The notes under the pieces: model-generated
The model's input: only the letters and a program-made list of their open reading frames with translations
Databases searched by the model: none
What the model was told of the DNA's origin: nothing
Origin: Octopus bimaculoides
Taxonomy: Eukaryota
DNA: 64,000 nt
Direction: 5' to 3'
Assembly: GCF_001194135.2 (NCBI RefSeq)
Contig: NC_068984.1
Span: 83,890,342-83,954,341, forward strand
Shown: piece by piece, positions 53,576-61,895 of the stretch
Numbering within the stretch: the stretch's first letter is position 1
Layout: each line of letters begins with the position of its first letter
Program-made: the position numbers and the translations under genes

Positions 53576-56203
53576 CATGTGTATAGTGGTGTAAAATAAT
53601 GTGCAGTTAGTTGTCTCTTTATATCAAAAGATAACTTATCCATGATGATAAGCAGAGATAGTAAATTAATTTCCATTGAATAAAGAGCCTTTAAAGCTGT
53701 CCTAAAAAGTCAATGACCAAAATCAATGAAAGTGTACATATATCATCATCATTTTTACAACACCTTCTTTTGTTCTGACAACTGAATGTTCTTGTCACCA
53801 CACAATGTACTATTTCTCTTATTCCTTCAGACAATGAAGGACTAGGGGAAATATATCAACATTGTCTTATGTCTGCTTTTTATGCTGGCTTGGACTGAAT
53901 GGGTCAATATTGTCAGAGTCAGTATATATTCAGAGATACTGTTCACCAAGACTGTACTTCTGAATATGGACCACATCTCATGCGTTTTATTTTTGGCTTT
54001 CGCCTCTATACCTAAATCCTCTTTTTAGCACCAACCACTTTGCAGAGTGTAGTGGGTGTAATTTTTATGGTACCAGTAGTAGACAGGTTGCCATGTCCTT
54101 GACAAGACTAAAAGATCCTCTCAACCTTACATTTTACAGAGTATACTGGGTGCATTTTCATATGGCACCAGCGCTAGAGAGCCTCAAAGATTAGTGCTCT
54201 CAACCCCACACCTCTACTCACTTACTAACTAACCACTTAATAGAGTAAGAGGCATAGGTAATATAAGCATGACTCATAGAAATGAGTAATAAGAACAATG
54301 TGTTACACAAGGGGGTACCCAAAAGAAACCGGAATTTTGCAACATTATTTTATTCACTTAGTTTTACATGCTTACACATTTATTGTCTTCAAAGTATTCT
54401 CCATTTGAAGCAATGCATCAGTTCAGATGCATTTTCCACTGTTCGAAGCAGTACTAAAACTCTTGTGAAGTGATGCCTTTTAATGCCTCCATCATTTTTA
54501 TCTTCACCTCTTTCGCATCTGCAAATTCCGTAGCACCAGCTTTCATCACCAGTGATGACCTTCGAAATAAGGTCAGGATCAACTTCCAACTGTTCCTTCA
54601 GTTCATGACAGGCATTCAGTCATGACTACTTTTGATCTTCTATGAGCAAGTGAGGCACAAATCTTGCTGCAACTCTTTTCATTCACAATTCCTCACTCAG
54701 AATTCATTGGCAGGAGCTCCAGGACACACCAGTGATATCAACAAGTTTGTTAATTGTTCAGTGACGGTCCTCCAAGATCAGTTTATGAATTTTCATGCTT
54801 TCATTTGTCCAGGTGGTCGATGATTGCCCTGAATGAAATTGGTCTTCAAGCTGCAAGTGACTATTCCTAAAGCATGGAAACCACGCAGCATCCTTGTAAG
54901 CTGTTTGAAACATGACCACTATTTTCCCCAGCAGAAAACAGAATTTCATGGAAGCACACTGTTCTTTCATTTCAGCCATTGCAAAAATTGATAAACAGGG
55001 AAGAAGCACAGTAAAACAAAGATGTACCATGTGGCAGTACGAATTCAGATGACGCCGCCAGTTGGCAGACTGATGCCTGAGGGTTGCATTGAGTGGCTTC
55101 TAGCAGCAGAAGCCTGAACTACAAAGGGTTGTCCCACAGAGAAAGTTTCCAATTACTTTTGGGTACCCCCTTGCGGAGAGGTGAATGTCTGAGATATGTA
55201 CATACATTCAAGACAAATGTGACCAAAAGAAAAGAGCTGTGATAGAAGGCAACATGGCCCAGGAGACAGAGTGATGAAAAAGGAAGAGCTAGAATGTGTG
55301 AAAGAAAGAGAATAACAGTATGATGAGAGTGAGTGAAGAAGGAGATGATGGCAGCCCAGGAGGGAGGATGTAGGCAGTATGCTGGACACAATAGGTCCAG
55401 TATAGTCACTTAACAGAGACCCCTAGATGGGCAGGAGAAGTCAAGTGGTGAGGTTGGTGGAAGGGGAATAGGAAGTAGAGGGGTCCTCTACTAATGAATG
55501 GGGAATGACAGAGAATTGAGTGATAGAGATAAGAGTGACAGAAAATGAGAGGGTATCACATCACAGATGAGGCAGCAATAGTAGACTTGGTTGCAATATC
55601 CACACACCCATACTCCCAAGAATAAACATGCATGTGTATGATGATCATCATTTAACCCTTTCATTACCATATTTTTGTTGAAATACACTGCCTTTTTTTT
55701 CAATTAATTTTGAAAATAATAATAATAAAAAAATTATTAAAATAACTCTGACATTATTCAGCTGGGGTTTGGAACATAAATTAACATGAAATTTTAATGT
55801 AGGTTACTTTAAAATGGGAAGTTTGTATCATAGGACCAAGGGCGGTTTCAGGTGGGTTGGTATCTAAAGGGTTAATGGCTATTTTCTATACTGGCATGGG
55901 CTGAACAGTTTGACAGGAACTGATGAGCCAGAGGACTGTTGAGCTCCAGTCTGTTTTGACATGATTTCTACAGCTAGATGCGCTTCCTATTGCCAACCAC
56001 TTTACAGAACGTAGTACTGATTGTTATTTTTATGGCACCAGCACTAGTGAGGTCAACAAGCAACTTACAAGAAAAAATCTCTCAACTGAATGGGGTTTAG
56101 TATTGAAGGATGTAAATGTACGAGAGACAGGAACAGGTGTCTTGCTGAAGAAGACACACATAGATTCCCCAGTGAGAGTGTGTTTGTGTGTGTGTGAGAG
56201 AGG

Positions 56204-56248
<45 letters not shown>

Positions 56249-58197
56249 TAGAAGAACAGAAAGGGTGGCTAGCTAAGTTTGTGAGAGTATGACAGATGAT
56301 TAGAGATGGAGATTGAGGTGGATGCATGGTTGGTGGTGAATATCATTTTGGGGGAAGTGAAAGAATATGTATATATATATATATATATAAATAAAAAGAA
56401 GGAAATGAATCTCCTATACAGAACAAAAGTTAGCACTCGTTAAATAGAGCTAAATAGAGTTATATATATATAATCATCATTTTACTACACATGCATGGGT
56501 CAGATGGAATTCACTGAAGTAATTTTTCTGTGGCTATATGCCCTTTCTGTTGCCAACCATCACTTTTTCCTATGTATGTTTCTCAAGGAAAGATTGCAAA
56601 TAAATAACAGCACTTGTAATGATAGTCATACTTGTTTACAATTATCATGTGATATCAAGACAAAGAGATGTGTGTGTGCATGCACACACATACACTCTCC
56701 TAAGTTTTTGGTTGGCCTGATGCTATAGTTGAAGACACTGGCTTAAGGTGCTGCACAGTGGAACTTAGCTTCAAACCACATGGTTGGGAAGCAAGCCTCT
56801 CAACCACACAGCCATACCTGTTCTTATGCATATAAATACATATATGTAAAATAAATTCAGTCTACAATGCTTTTTGACTTCTGATTCACCATGCTTGCAC
56901 ATTTGGAAGGTCTTTAACACTGTGAATTACCATTCAACACAATCCCGTTATCTTTTTCATCTCCTTCCAAAAGTTCTATTTAATTTGAGTACACATCACT
57001 TTTAATACAGCTACAATCTTCTATGTGCATCACATGCCCATTTCAGCATAGCCTCCTCTCTCACACACTACATCTGATTCCTCTTATATTCAGTTTTTCT
57101 CTCAGCTCATTAAGTTTCTGCTGTTTGTGCACACTAACATTACACCCAACAAAGCATGCTTGCTTCATTTCTTTCTAGTTTTTGCAAATCCTCAACATCC
57201 ACAATGCACATCTTGCCACCATGCAGTACTACACTTTATAAATGTACATTAATCTGCCCTTCACTCTGAGGAGAAAGTCTTTGTTAAGAGGATTAATAGC
57301 TTCTCAAACTCTTTCCAATTCATTTTAACTCTGACTACTATACTTTGAGAACATCCACTCACACTAACTAGATCACCTTAGGTAGCACAAGTTTTCAACT
57401 TCTTTTACTTCTTATACATGTATAATGTATATACATATAATGTTCATTATCTTCACATTTATCTGTCTGTGTTTTATCCTTTATATATTTTCATTACTTT
57501 GTATTACTGCCACTTTATTTACATACTTGGATAAACCCGTGCTTCTGTATATTACAAACATCAGTGCATTGTTTCAATTGATTTACATATCATATATATG
57601 TATGTACATATAAAGTTCATATTAGTACATAGGTTTGCATAAGTCTATAAGTTTATATATGTTTACAATAATGTAACATTCAGGTATGGTTTCTTACATT
57701 GAGACAAGGCCCCAAATTTCAGGAATGGACATAGCAGATTGGACAATTAACCTCTGTATGACATTGATACTTATTTTATTGACTGAAAGTAGGGAAGAAA
57801 TCTGCTCCAGTGGGATTTAAACTCAGAATGGGAAGGGGTGAAACTAAAAACAAGGCATTGCATCTGACTAATCTACTATTGCAACCTTTCACCACTGTGA
57901 CATAATCATTGCCACCACCCAAAATAAATGATAAGTTATGACAAATAATAGTCTAAGCAGAAATTAAACCAAGGCACATTTGGAATAATCAGAGTTGAAT
58001 TGAGAAAGATGAAATTGAGAGTGAGAAAAAGAAAAGCAAGATAAGCTGAATAAAGTCAATATAAAAATAAATAATGTGAACATCATTAGATACTTAGGTT
58101 AGTACATAATCTGAAACTGAACTCAATCCATACCTACCTGTGGCACATTCGCAGGATTCATTGCCTGAAGGTCATTCACGAAAGTTTGTGTAGCCAT
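15516..58197 (-). CDS. Rfx: RFX1/2/3-type regulatory factor X transcription factor (daf-19/Rfx orthologue), 15 coding exons, 831 aa: join of complement(58138-58197, 51966-52257, 47621-47759, 40516-40594, 37599-37739, 36984-37165, 34790-34906, 33738-33972, 30906-31000, 29845-29999, 27310-27407, 24732-24881, 21566-21774, 17063-17225, 15516-15896)
   Basis: All 14 introns are GT-AG with compatible phases; total 2496 nt. [32 protein letters not shown]...[21 protein letters not shown] and dimerisation segments [23 protein letters not shown] and [37 protein letters not shown] are near-identical to vertebrate RFX1-3 as I recall them. The N-terminus [11 protein letters not shown] resembles RFX1 MATQAYTELQ. 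Confidence 0.95.
15904..15950 (-). repeat. 47-nt poly(T) tract (sense strand) forming the polypyrimidine tract of the last exon
   Basis: A47 on the + strand next to the acceptor. Confidence 0.95.
17063..17225 (-). CDS. Rfx: RFX coding exon 14: [51 protein letters not shown](VRQ)
   Basis: Acceptor tttgtag, phase 2. Donor CAG/GTAACT at 17063, or AAA/GTCAGA at 17072. Confidence 0.93.
17392..17770 (-). mobile_element. Near full-length tRNA-derived SINE (family A)
   Basis: Head GGCATGGCTGTGTGATAAG...GGTTCAGTCCCACT with A/B-box-like motifs; body shared with copies at 6085, 18134, 29145, 33470, 38808, 41945, 44225 and 56690. Confidence 0.8.
18134..18290 (+). mobile_element. SINE family A, 5' part, inverted relative to the 17392-17770 copy
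   Basis: gctgtggggtaataag...ccacatggtcc...accttgggcaagtg...gtgagtggatctggtagacggaaac. Confidence 0.75.
19161..19321 (+). mobile_element. Well-preserved (GAT)7-tailed SINE 3' segment (family B)
   Basis: gagtggttggtgttaggaagggcatccagctgtagaaac...acgttaaac(gat)7 with CpGs retained; related copies at 9065, 26565, 53280 and 55640. Confidence 0.75.
19946..20114. mobile_element. Short element with a perfect 16-bp inverted repeat and internal CCCTAA motifs (MITE-like)
   Basis: TTAAATACAGAGGTCC (19946-19961) and GGACCTCTGTATTTAA (20099-20114); ccctaaccctaacc at ~20037-20050. Confidence 0.55.
20546..20989. other. Assembly gap (444 N) in RFX intron 13
   Basis: N run. Confidence 1.
21566..21774 (-). 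CDS. Rfx: RFX coding exon 13: [26 protein letters not shown]...[14 protein letters not shown]
   Basis: Acceptor gcttgtag, donor AG/GTACCT; phase 0 to 2. Confidence 0.95.
22012..22188. mobile_element. TTAA-flanked MITE (piggyBac-like), family P1
   Basis: TTAAcactttagcattca ... tgaatgctaaagggTTAA terminal inverted repeats. Confidence 0.75.
24501..24605. mobile_element. GC-rich truncated TTAA-CCCTTT element end
   Basis: Starts TTAACCCTTTCGTTAC like the P2 MITEs; 13-bp direct repeat ACTAACCCGGCCG at 24515 and 24559; second terminus not found. Confidence 0.5.
24732..24881 (-). CDS. Rfx: RFX coding exon 12: [50 protein letters not shown]
   Basis: Acceptor cttgcag, donor CAG/GTAAGT; 150 nt, phase 0-0. 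Confidence 0.96.
26565..26860 (-). mobile_element. SINE family B copy
   Basis: catcatcatcatttaacatctgccttccatgctggg...tacagctggata...caccaaccactttacag. Confidence 0.65.
27310..27407 (-). CDS. Rfx: RFX coding exon 11: [32 protein letters not shown] (not in the ORF track)
   Basis: Acceptor cttctttcag, donor AAG/GTATGA; phase 1 to 0; matches the [20 protein letters not shown] motif. Confidence 0.94.
29145..29770 (-). mobile_element. SINE family A copy interrupted by a foldback MITE
   Basis: SINE head is split at ...ggaagcaa | gcttcttaccacacagccacgcctg by the 29441-29743 insert. Confidence 0.75.
29441..29743. mobile_element. Foldback MITE with ~110-bp inverted arms
   Basis: 29448-29557 is the reverse complement (with mismatches) of 29591-29699; extra partial terminus gcagcaaactttcc at ~29724-29737. 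Confidence 0.8.
29845..29999 (-). CDS. Rfx: RFX coding exon 10: [51 protein letters not shown] (not in the ORF track)
   Basis: Acceptor ttttcattacacag, donor A/GTAAGT; phase 2 to 1; [17 protein letters not shown] motif. Confidence 0.95.
30906..31000 (-). CDS. Rfx: RFX coding exon 9: [31 protein letters not shown] (not in the ORF track)
   Basis: Acceptor ttttatttcag, donor AG/GTAGCT; phase 0 to 2; B-domain VVNLQF..IE.LW..FWR. Confidence 0.94.
31462..31686. mobile_element. TTAA-flanked MITE (piggyBac-like), family P1
   Basis: TTAAccctttagtattc ... gaatgccaaagggTTAA; interior similar to 22012-22188. Confidence 0.8.
33738..33972 (-). CDS. Rfx: RFX coding exon 8: [10 protein letters not shown]...[17 protein letters not shown]...IYREHAE
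   Basis: Acceptor ttttcccag, donor GAG/GTAAAT; phase 2 to 0; QHHQQFL and YREH motifs. Confidence 0.94.
34790..34906 (-). CDS. Rfx: RFX coding exon 7 (end of DBD): [38 protein letters not shown] (not in the ORF track)
   Basis: Acceptor tttctttaaag, donor AA/GTGAGT; phase 2-2; completes [12 protein letters not shown]. Confidence 0.96.
36984..37165 (-). CDS. Rfx: RFX coding exon 6 (winged-helix DBD): [60 protein letters not shown]
   Basis: Acceptor cttatgcag, donor CG/GTGAGT; phase 0 to 2. Confidence 0.98.
37599..37739 (-). CDS. Rfx: RFX coding exon 5: [47 protein letters not shown] (not in the ORF track)
   Basis: Acceptor ctattttcctag, donor ACA/GTAAGT; 141 nt, phase 0-0; HTTRASPAT motif preceding the DBD as in RFX1/3. 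Confidence 0.93.
38808..38950 (+). mobile_element. SINE family A, 5' part
   Basis: ggttaagaagttagc...accatgtggtttcaggttcagcc...tttgggcaaatg...gtgagtagatttgg. Confidence 0.65.
39400..40050 (+). mobile_element. Highly degraded CR1/L2-group LINE RT fragment
   Basis: Remnant peptides [14 protein letters not shown] (~39535-39585) and SSQIWGNAA (~39728-39755). Confidence 0.5.
40516..40594 (-). CDS. Rfx: RFX coding exon 4: [26 protein letters not shown] (not in the ORF track)
   Basis: Acceptor gtgttcag, donor CAG/GTAAGA; phase 2 to 0 fits both neighbours; resembles the RFX3 Y-rich activation segment. Confidence 0.85.
41945..42130 (+). mobile_element. SINE family A copy
   Basis: gataagaagtttg...ggttccaggttcagtctcactgtgtggcaccctggg...ctactatagccccgggtcgacc. 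Confidence 0.7.
45057..45082 (-). CDS. Rfx: Candidate alternative first coding exon of RFX (MTFHIFDM-V), in frame with exon 4
   Basis: ATG...ATG GT/GTAAGT phase-2 donor; in-frame TGA two codons upstream; inverted CCAAT at 45373-45377. Confidence 0.4.
47621..47759 (-). CDS. Rfx: RFX coding exon 3: [45 protein letters not shown]
   Basis: Acceptor ttttgtttgtttcag, donor AT/GTACGA; phase 1 to 2; VQYVE motif of RFX activation domains. Confidence 0.88.
48365..48391 (-). CDS. Rfx: Candidate 27-nt cassette microexon of RFX (adds [10 protein letters not shown] in place of T)
   Basis: tgcatctgtttttcatag / GCATCTATCTTAGTGATAGAGATGATG / gtaagt; symmetric phase 1, stop-free in the required frame only. 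Confidence 0.55.
49255..49420. other. Assembly gap (166 N) within a (TA)n microsatellite, RFX intron 2
   Basis: N run. Confidence 1.
51966..52257 (-). CDS. Rfx: RFX coding exon 2 (Gln-rich): [15 protein letters not shown]9-L-Q16-PQPNQ...GHSYIVA
   Basis: Acceptor tttttaaacaaag, donor A/GTAAGT; phase 0 to 1. Confidence 0.85.
52138..52215 (-). repeat. Coding CAG/CAA repeat: Q9-L-Q16
   Basis: Counted from the sequence. Confidence 0.95.
52630..52940 (+). mobile_element. Tc1-like transposon 3' remnant
   Basis: [49 protein letters not shown] resembles the C-terminal helix of Tc1-family transposases; possible TIR end ...catcctgcata. Confidence 0.6.
54306..55175 (-). mobile_element. Internally deleted mariner transposon with both TIRs (~870 bp)
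   Basis: TIRs cacaagggggtacccaaaag and cttttgggtacccccttgcg. Transposase remnants [19 protein letters not shown] (from 54979), [12 protein letters not shown] (first catalytic Asp at 54547-54545), then directly FADAKEVK...[10 protein letters not shown]. Confidence 0.88.
55652..55875. mobile_element. TTAA-flanked MITE (family P2) inserted in the tail of a family-B SINE
   Basis: TTAAccctttcattacc ... ggtatctaaagggTTAA; the flanks rejoin as catcatttaa-tggctattttctatactggcatggg (SINE B). Confidence 0.8.
56195..56243. repeat. (GA)n microsatellite
   Basis: Direct reading. Confidence 0.95.
56690..56820 (-). mobile_element. SINE family A, 5' part
   Basis: ...gaagacactggcttaaggtgctgcacagtggaac...accacatggttgggaagcaagc...accacacagccatacctg. 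Confidence 0.7.
58138..58197 (-). CDS. Rfx: RFX coding exon 1: [20 protein letters not shown] (exon spans 58138-58210; not in the ORF track)
   Basis: Acceptor ctttcccttctttag, donor CAG/GTAGGT; phase 0; similar to the RFX1 N-terminus. Confidence 0.85.
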
Positions 58198-59977
58198 TGG
58201 ACATTCAGTCCTAAAGAAGGGAAAGTAAATATAAATAATAAATCACTTAGTTGTTAATTATATTTCAGGTTCCACAAAGGTCGGTCAGTTGGAGCAAAGG
58301 AAACCAAAGAAAACAACAAAGTTCTGAATAAAGATTGTATATAGATCATGAATAACCCATTCTCTTATGATATTCCATTAGCATTAAGACCTCAGTCAGC
58401 CACTCTAAGTAATTATAATGAGAAAAATAAACTTTTGTTCAACCTTTATTTAAATTTCCAACCAACTTGATTTTAAGTCTTTCTTGAGTTTAGTTTTCAC
58501 CAGGTTACCTTTCCTATATTAGCTTAGGTGGGGGTGTCCTTTGATGGAACAAATGTTTTTGCCACAAAATCAGACATGTAAGACAAGCAAAGCAAAATTA
58601 TGAACACTGTTCAGGGATACAATATAATGGTCGCACTTAGTATCATCAGAACTCTTGACTATGTAGTTGGTGTTCCAGCCATCATTATGCCATATCTTTT
58701 AAATGATTTTTCTTTCTTTGTAATATTTGTTGAGACACACTTTTAGCAATGACTCTAAGCTGTTGTTTAGTTCTAGGTCAAGACCAATTGGGCTGACCTA
58801 TGATCAAAGGCATTCCAGCTGTGATCAATCCCTCTTGAGGGATGGATGGGAGTGAACTAGTTTACATTATCTGATGTGCGTCTTTTCTTTTGACTGCGAT
58901 TTCTAGCAAATCAAGTGAGCACATACAGCTTCTTTGTTGGCTTGACTCCAACATGTAAAGATATAAAAAAAGCAACTGTGATGGCATGGTATTTTAAGAA
59001 GAAGAAAAGGAAAAAAAAAACATGAGGGAAAGAGCCAAAGGACAGTTCATTAATTAGGTACTTCGGTGCATTAGAATCTTCTCAGTAGACTGAATCAGAG
59101 ACTAGATTTTAATTTTCAGTAAGAATTGTTTTGCTTTATCATTTTGCCAGGCATTTGATGTGCTTACATCATTGACAATTTTCTCTTCATTTTACACAAA
59201 ACTAGGGTACCTGTGTTCTTCTCCACTCATATAGCCGACTGTTAATACTGAGACATTTCTGATTACAGCCACGACAACACCCATTCTGCTACTACATACT
59301 GAAGTAAAATTGTCATTTTATATATTTATGGTAACTATATGAATGGACCTTTTCTTTTTTAAGATGGCAGGGCATGATCTAAAGATCTGTTTGCTATTTC
59401 TTGTAAGCCAAGTGATGATCTAAAAGTTCCTTTGGTGGCTTAAATGGCATATGTGAATGTGTGTGAGTGTGTATACACACACTGGTTTAAATAAAAAGGA
59501 GAAAAAGTATTCAATACCACAGTAGAGTAGAGTAGTTTATTGAGATTGGTCCAGCAGCCTGTTACTCAGCTCTGGAGTTTCTCCGATATATAGCCAGTTC
59601 TCTAGACAAGTTGTTTAACCCCAGGTTAGCCACTGATCTATTTATTAATAAATATATCTGCATATGTGTGTGAGTGGTTTAAATATATATATATATATAT
59701 CTGAGGTTGTTGCTGGCAGTGAAGAAGTCCAGCTTCTCCAATTTATTCCACATGTACCTGAAGAGCATAAAACAGTACATTATATACATATACTCATATA
59801 CACAAGCCCACACTGACATAAATACAGCAATTAACATTTCTTTCTGTATGCATACACATTTGCTCAGCATTTCCATGAAAAGATTCAAAATGTCAAATTT
59901 TTTCACTTCTTATAGTCTATAGCAATGACAGATAGTGGTAAACCCTATCTTCTCTTTGATTCCAGAGAAGAACCAAC

Positions 59978-60078
59978 CTGAAGAAGCACCAGAAGCTACT
60001 TCTTTAATGATTTGAAGTTCTGCACCTGTCAGCTGAATATTTTGAGTATTTTTGCACTAAAAGTTCCATTACATAATC
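59978..60078 (-). other. Candidate 5' UTR exon of RFX carrying uORFs
   Basis: ttctttttacaag / 101 nt / CAG-GTTGGT; stops in all three frames. Confidence 0.35.
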
Positions 60079-60669
60079 CTTGTAAAAAGAACTCAAATTT
60101 ACTGTGATATACTTTCACAGTTGTGTTAGAGTACATAACGAAAAAAAAAAATCAATATTTTCATTAACCTGAGTGGTTTCTGAGTTACCCAGTAAGTATT
60201 ATTGAGTAGAAATCTATAATTACACAATACTAGACTTTTCTTTACTTGAGTAGGAAATCATTTGTTCATATAAAAGAACAACCTTTTCTAAGAAACACTG
60301 TTATTTAATAACATAAGGAAGATAATAAAACTCTTATTTGCCCAACACTATACAAATATCCTTGAACAAGGGCAATAAATAAATAACGTTTAAAAAGGAA
60401 GTTTTACAAATATTTAATTATTTCAGTTTGTATGAATACATGTTAGTATGCTTACAAACACACATTCATCAGGTTTGGTGAAGATGGCCACCACAGAAAC
60501 ATCTAGTCCACTGTTGATTTTTTAAAATAGAAAAAAAAAAACGTAGTTAATATTAAGATGCATATTTATATTACAAATTATATATACATATATATGCTAA
60601 ATTTAATGTTACCAGTGAATATTGCATCTCATTAAAGTTCATAAAATAAGTCAACAACAAAAAATACAA

Positions 60670-60679
60670 NNNNNNNNNN
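60670..60679. other. Assembly gap (10 N)
   Basis: N run. Confidence 1.
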
Positions 60680-61708
60680 AAAAAAAAAAAAAAAATAAAC
60701 AGTGCAGTGGTTCTCCTTACCAAGTCAGGAAGAGAACTACATCCCATGACCAAAATGCATGTACTAAGCCAGGTAGTAGCTAGTACACAAGATCTGAAGG
60801 TGTTGGAGACAGCAAAGCAACGACACGTTCAAGCAGGAGCTGTAGCAGAGGACAAAAGAAGATAATTAAAGCACTAAGATACCAGAAATGTCAGATCAAT
60901 GAAATACTTACTATAGCTGAATGGAGCATGCATTGTGCTGTAGAAAACCAAAGGCCTTTAGAGAGCTGGGAGAAGGCAGAAATGATGGCAAAGACAATGA
61001 TGATGACAACGATAACAATAACAACAATTACAGTGCTTTCACAGCTATTTTTGAAAGTTAGATCAATTAATATTGTTCAGTGTGGTGCAGAAAAGCAGTA
61101 ACTTAAGAAAGAATAAGTTGCTGTGAGAGTCAAATAGAACAACAATTAAGTACTTAAAAGGTATTTTAACATATTTGCAAGATCGCATATTACTAAAAAG
61201 ACAGGATATATCCCTTAGTACAAAGAAATTTCCCAAATTTTCAAACTAACATGAATTTATTGTCTTACAATGAGAATCCCTTAACAGTAACAATTCAATA
61301 GCAAAATGGAAACAGTATTGTTACATTTCCAACAACATAGCTTGAGTCAAAAGGCCACATAAAAACTCAGAACTATGAAATGTAAGTCAATATTAACACA
61401 TTTAATGCATGAAACATTAAAAAGTTAACTAGGATAAATATGTGTCATGTGGAAAATACACCCAATATTAACCATATTATTATCATTTTTCAAGTAAGTA
61501 CAGAGGATAATACCTGATATATTTTGACTTTATTCTGGGCTTATCAGCAAAGTATACTGTTCACTATACTTAATGAAGTAGGTAAGAATGAATCCCTCCA
61601 AGACTATATTTATTGGCATAGGAAAATAGAATTTAGAAGTTGATAAGTATGAGTTATGCTTGACTTCAGACCTCAAGGCTATGACCAAGATCTGCAGTTA
61701 ATGTTGTA

Positions 61709-61895
61709 TTAACCTTTTTGATATTAAACCTACTCCAAACCACCTGACATACTAATTTCTAAGAACTATTTGGTTGTCATAAATATTAGTTTAACGTATC
61801 TATAAAAGAAGTTAATTATTTTACAAAGTCCTAAATTGTTATTTTTAAAATTGGATGAATCTATTTCAACAATAATGTGGCAGTGAAAGTGTTAA
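61709..61895. mobile_element. TTAA-flanked MITE (family P2), opposite orientation to 55652-55875
   Basis: TTAAcctttttgatattaaacc ... tatttcaacaataatgtggcagtgaaagtgTTAA. Confidence 0.65.

Noticed and set aside
60184-60196. X-box-like GTTACC-C-AGTAAG near the putative leader exon (possible RFX autoregulation), plus half-sites near 45400-45450
   Set aside because: One mismatch to GTNRCC-N0-3-RGYAAC; such matches are expected by chance in 64 kb. Needs conservation or ChIP data.
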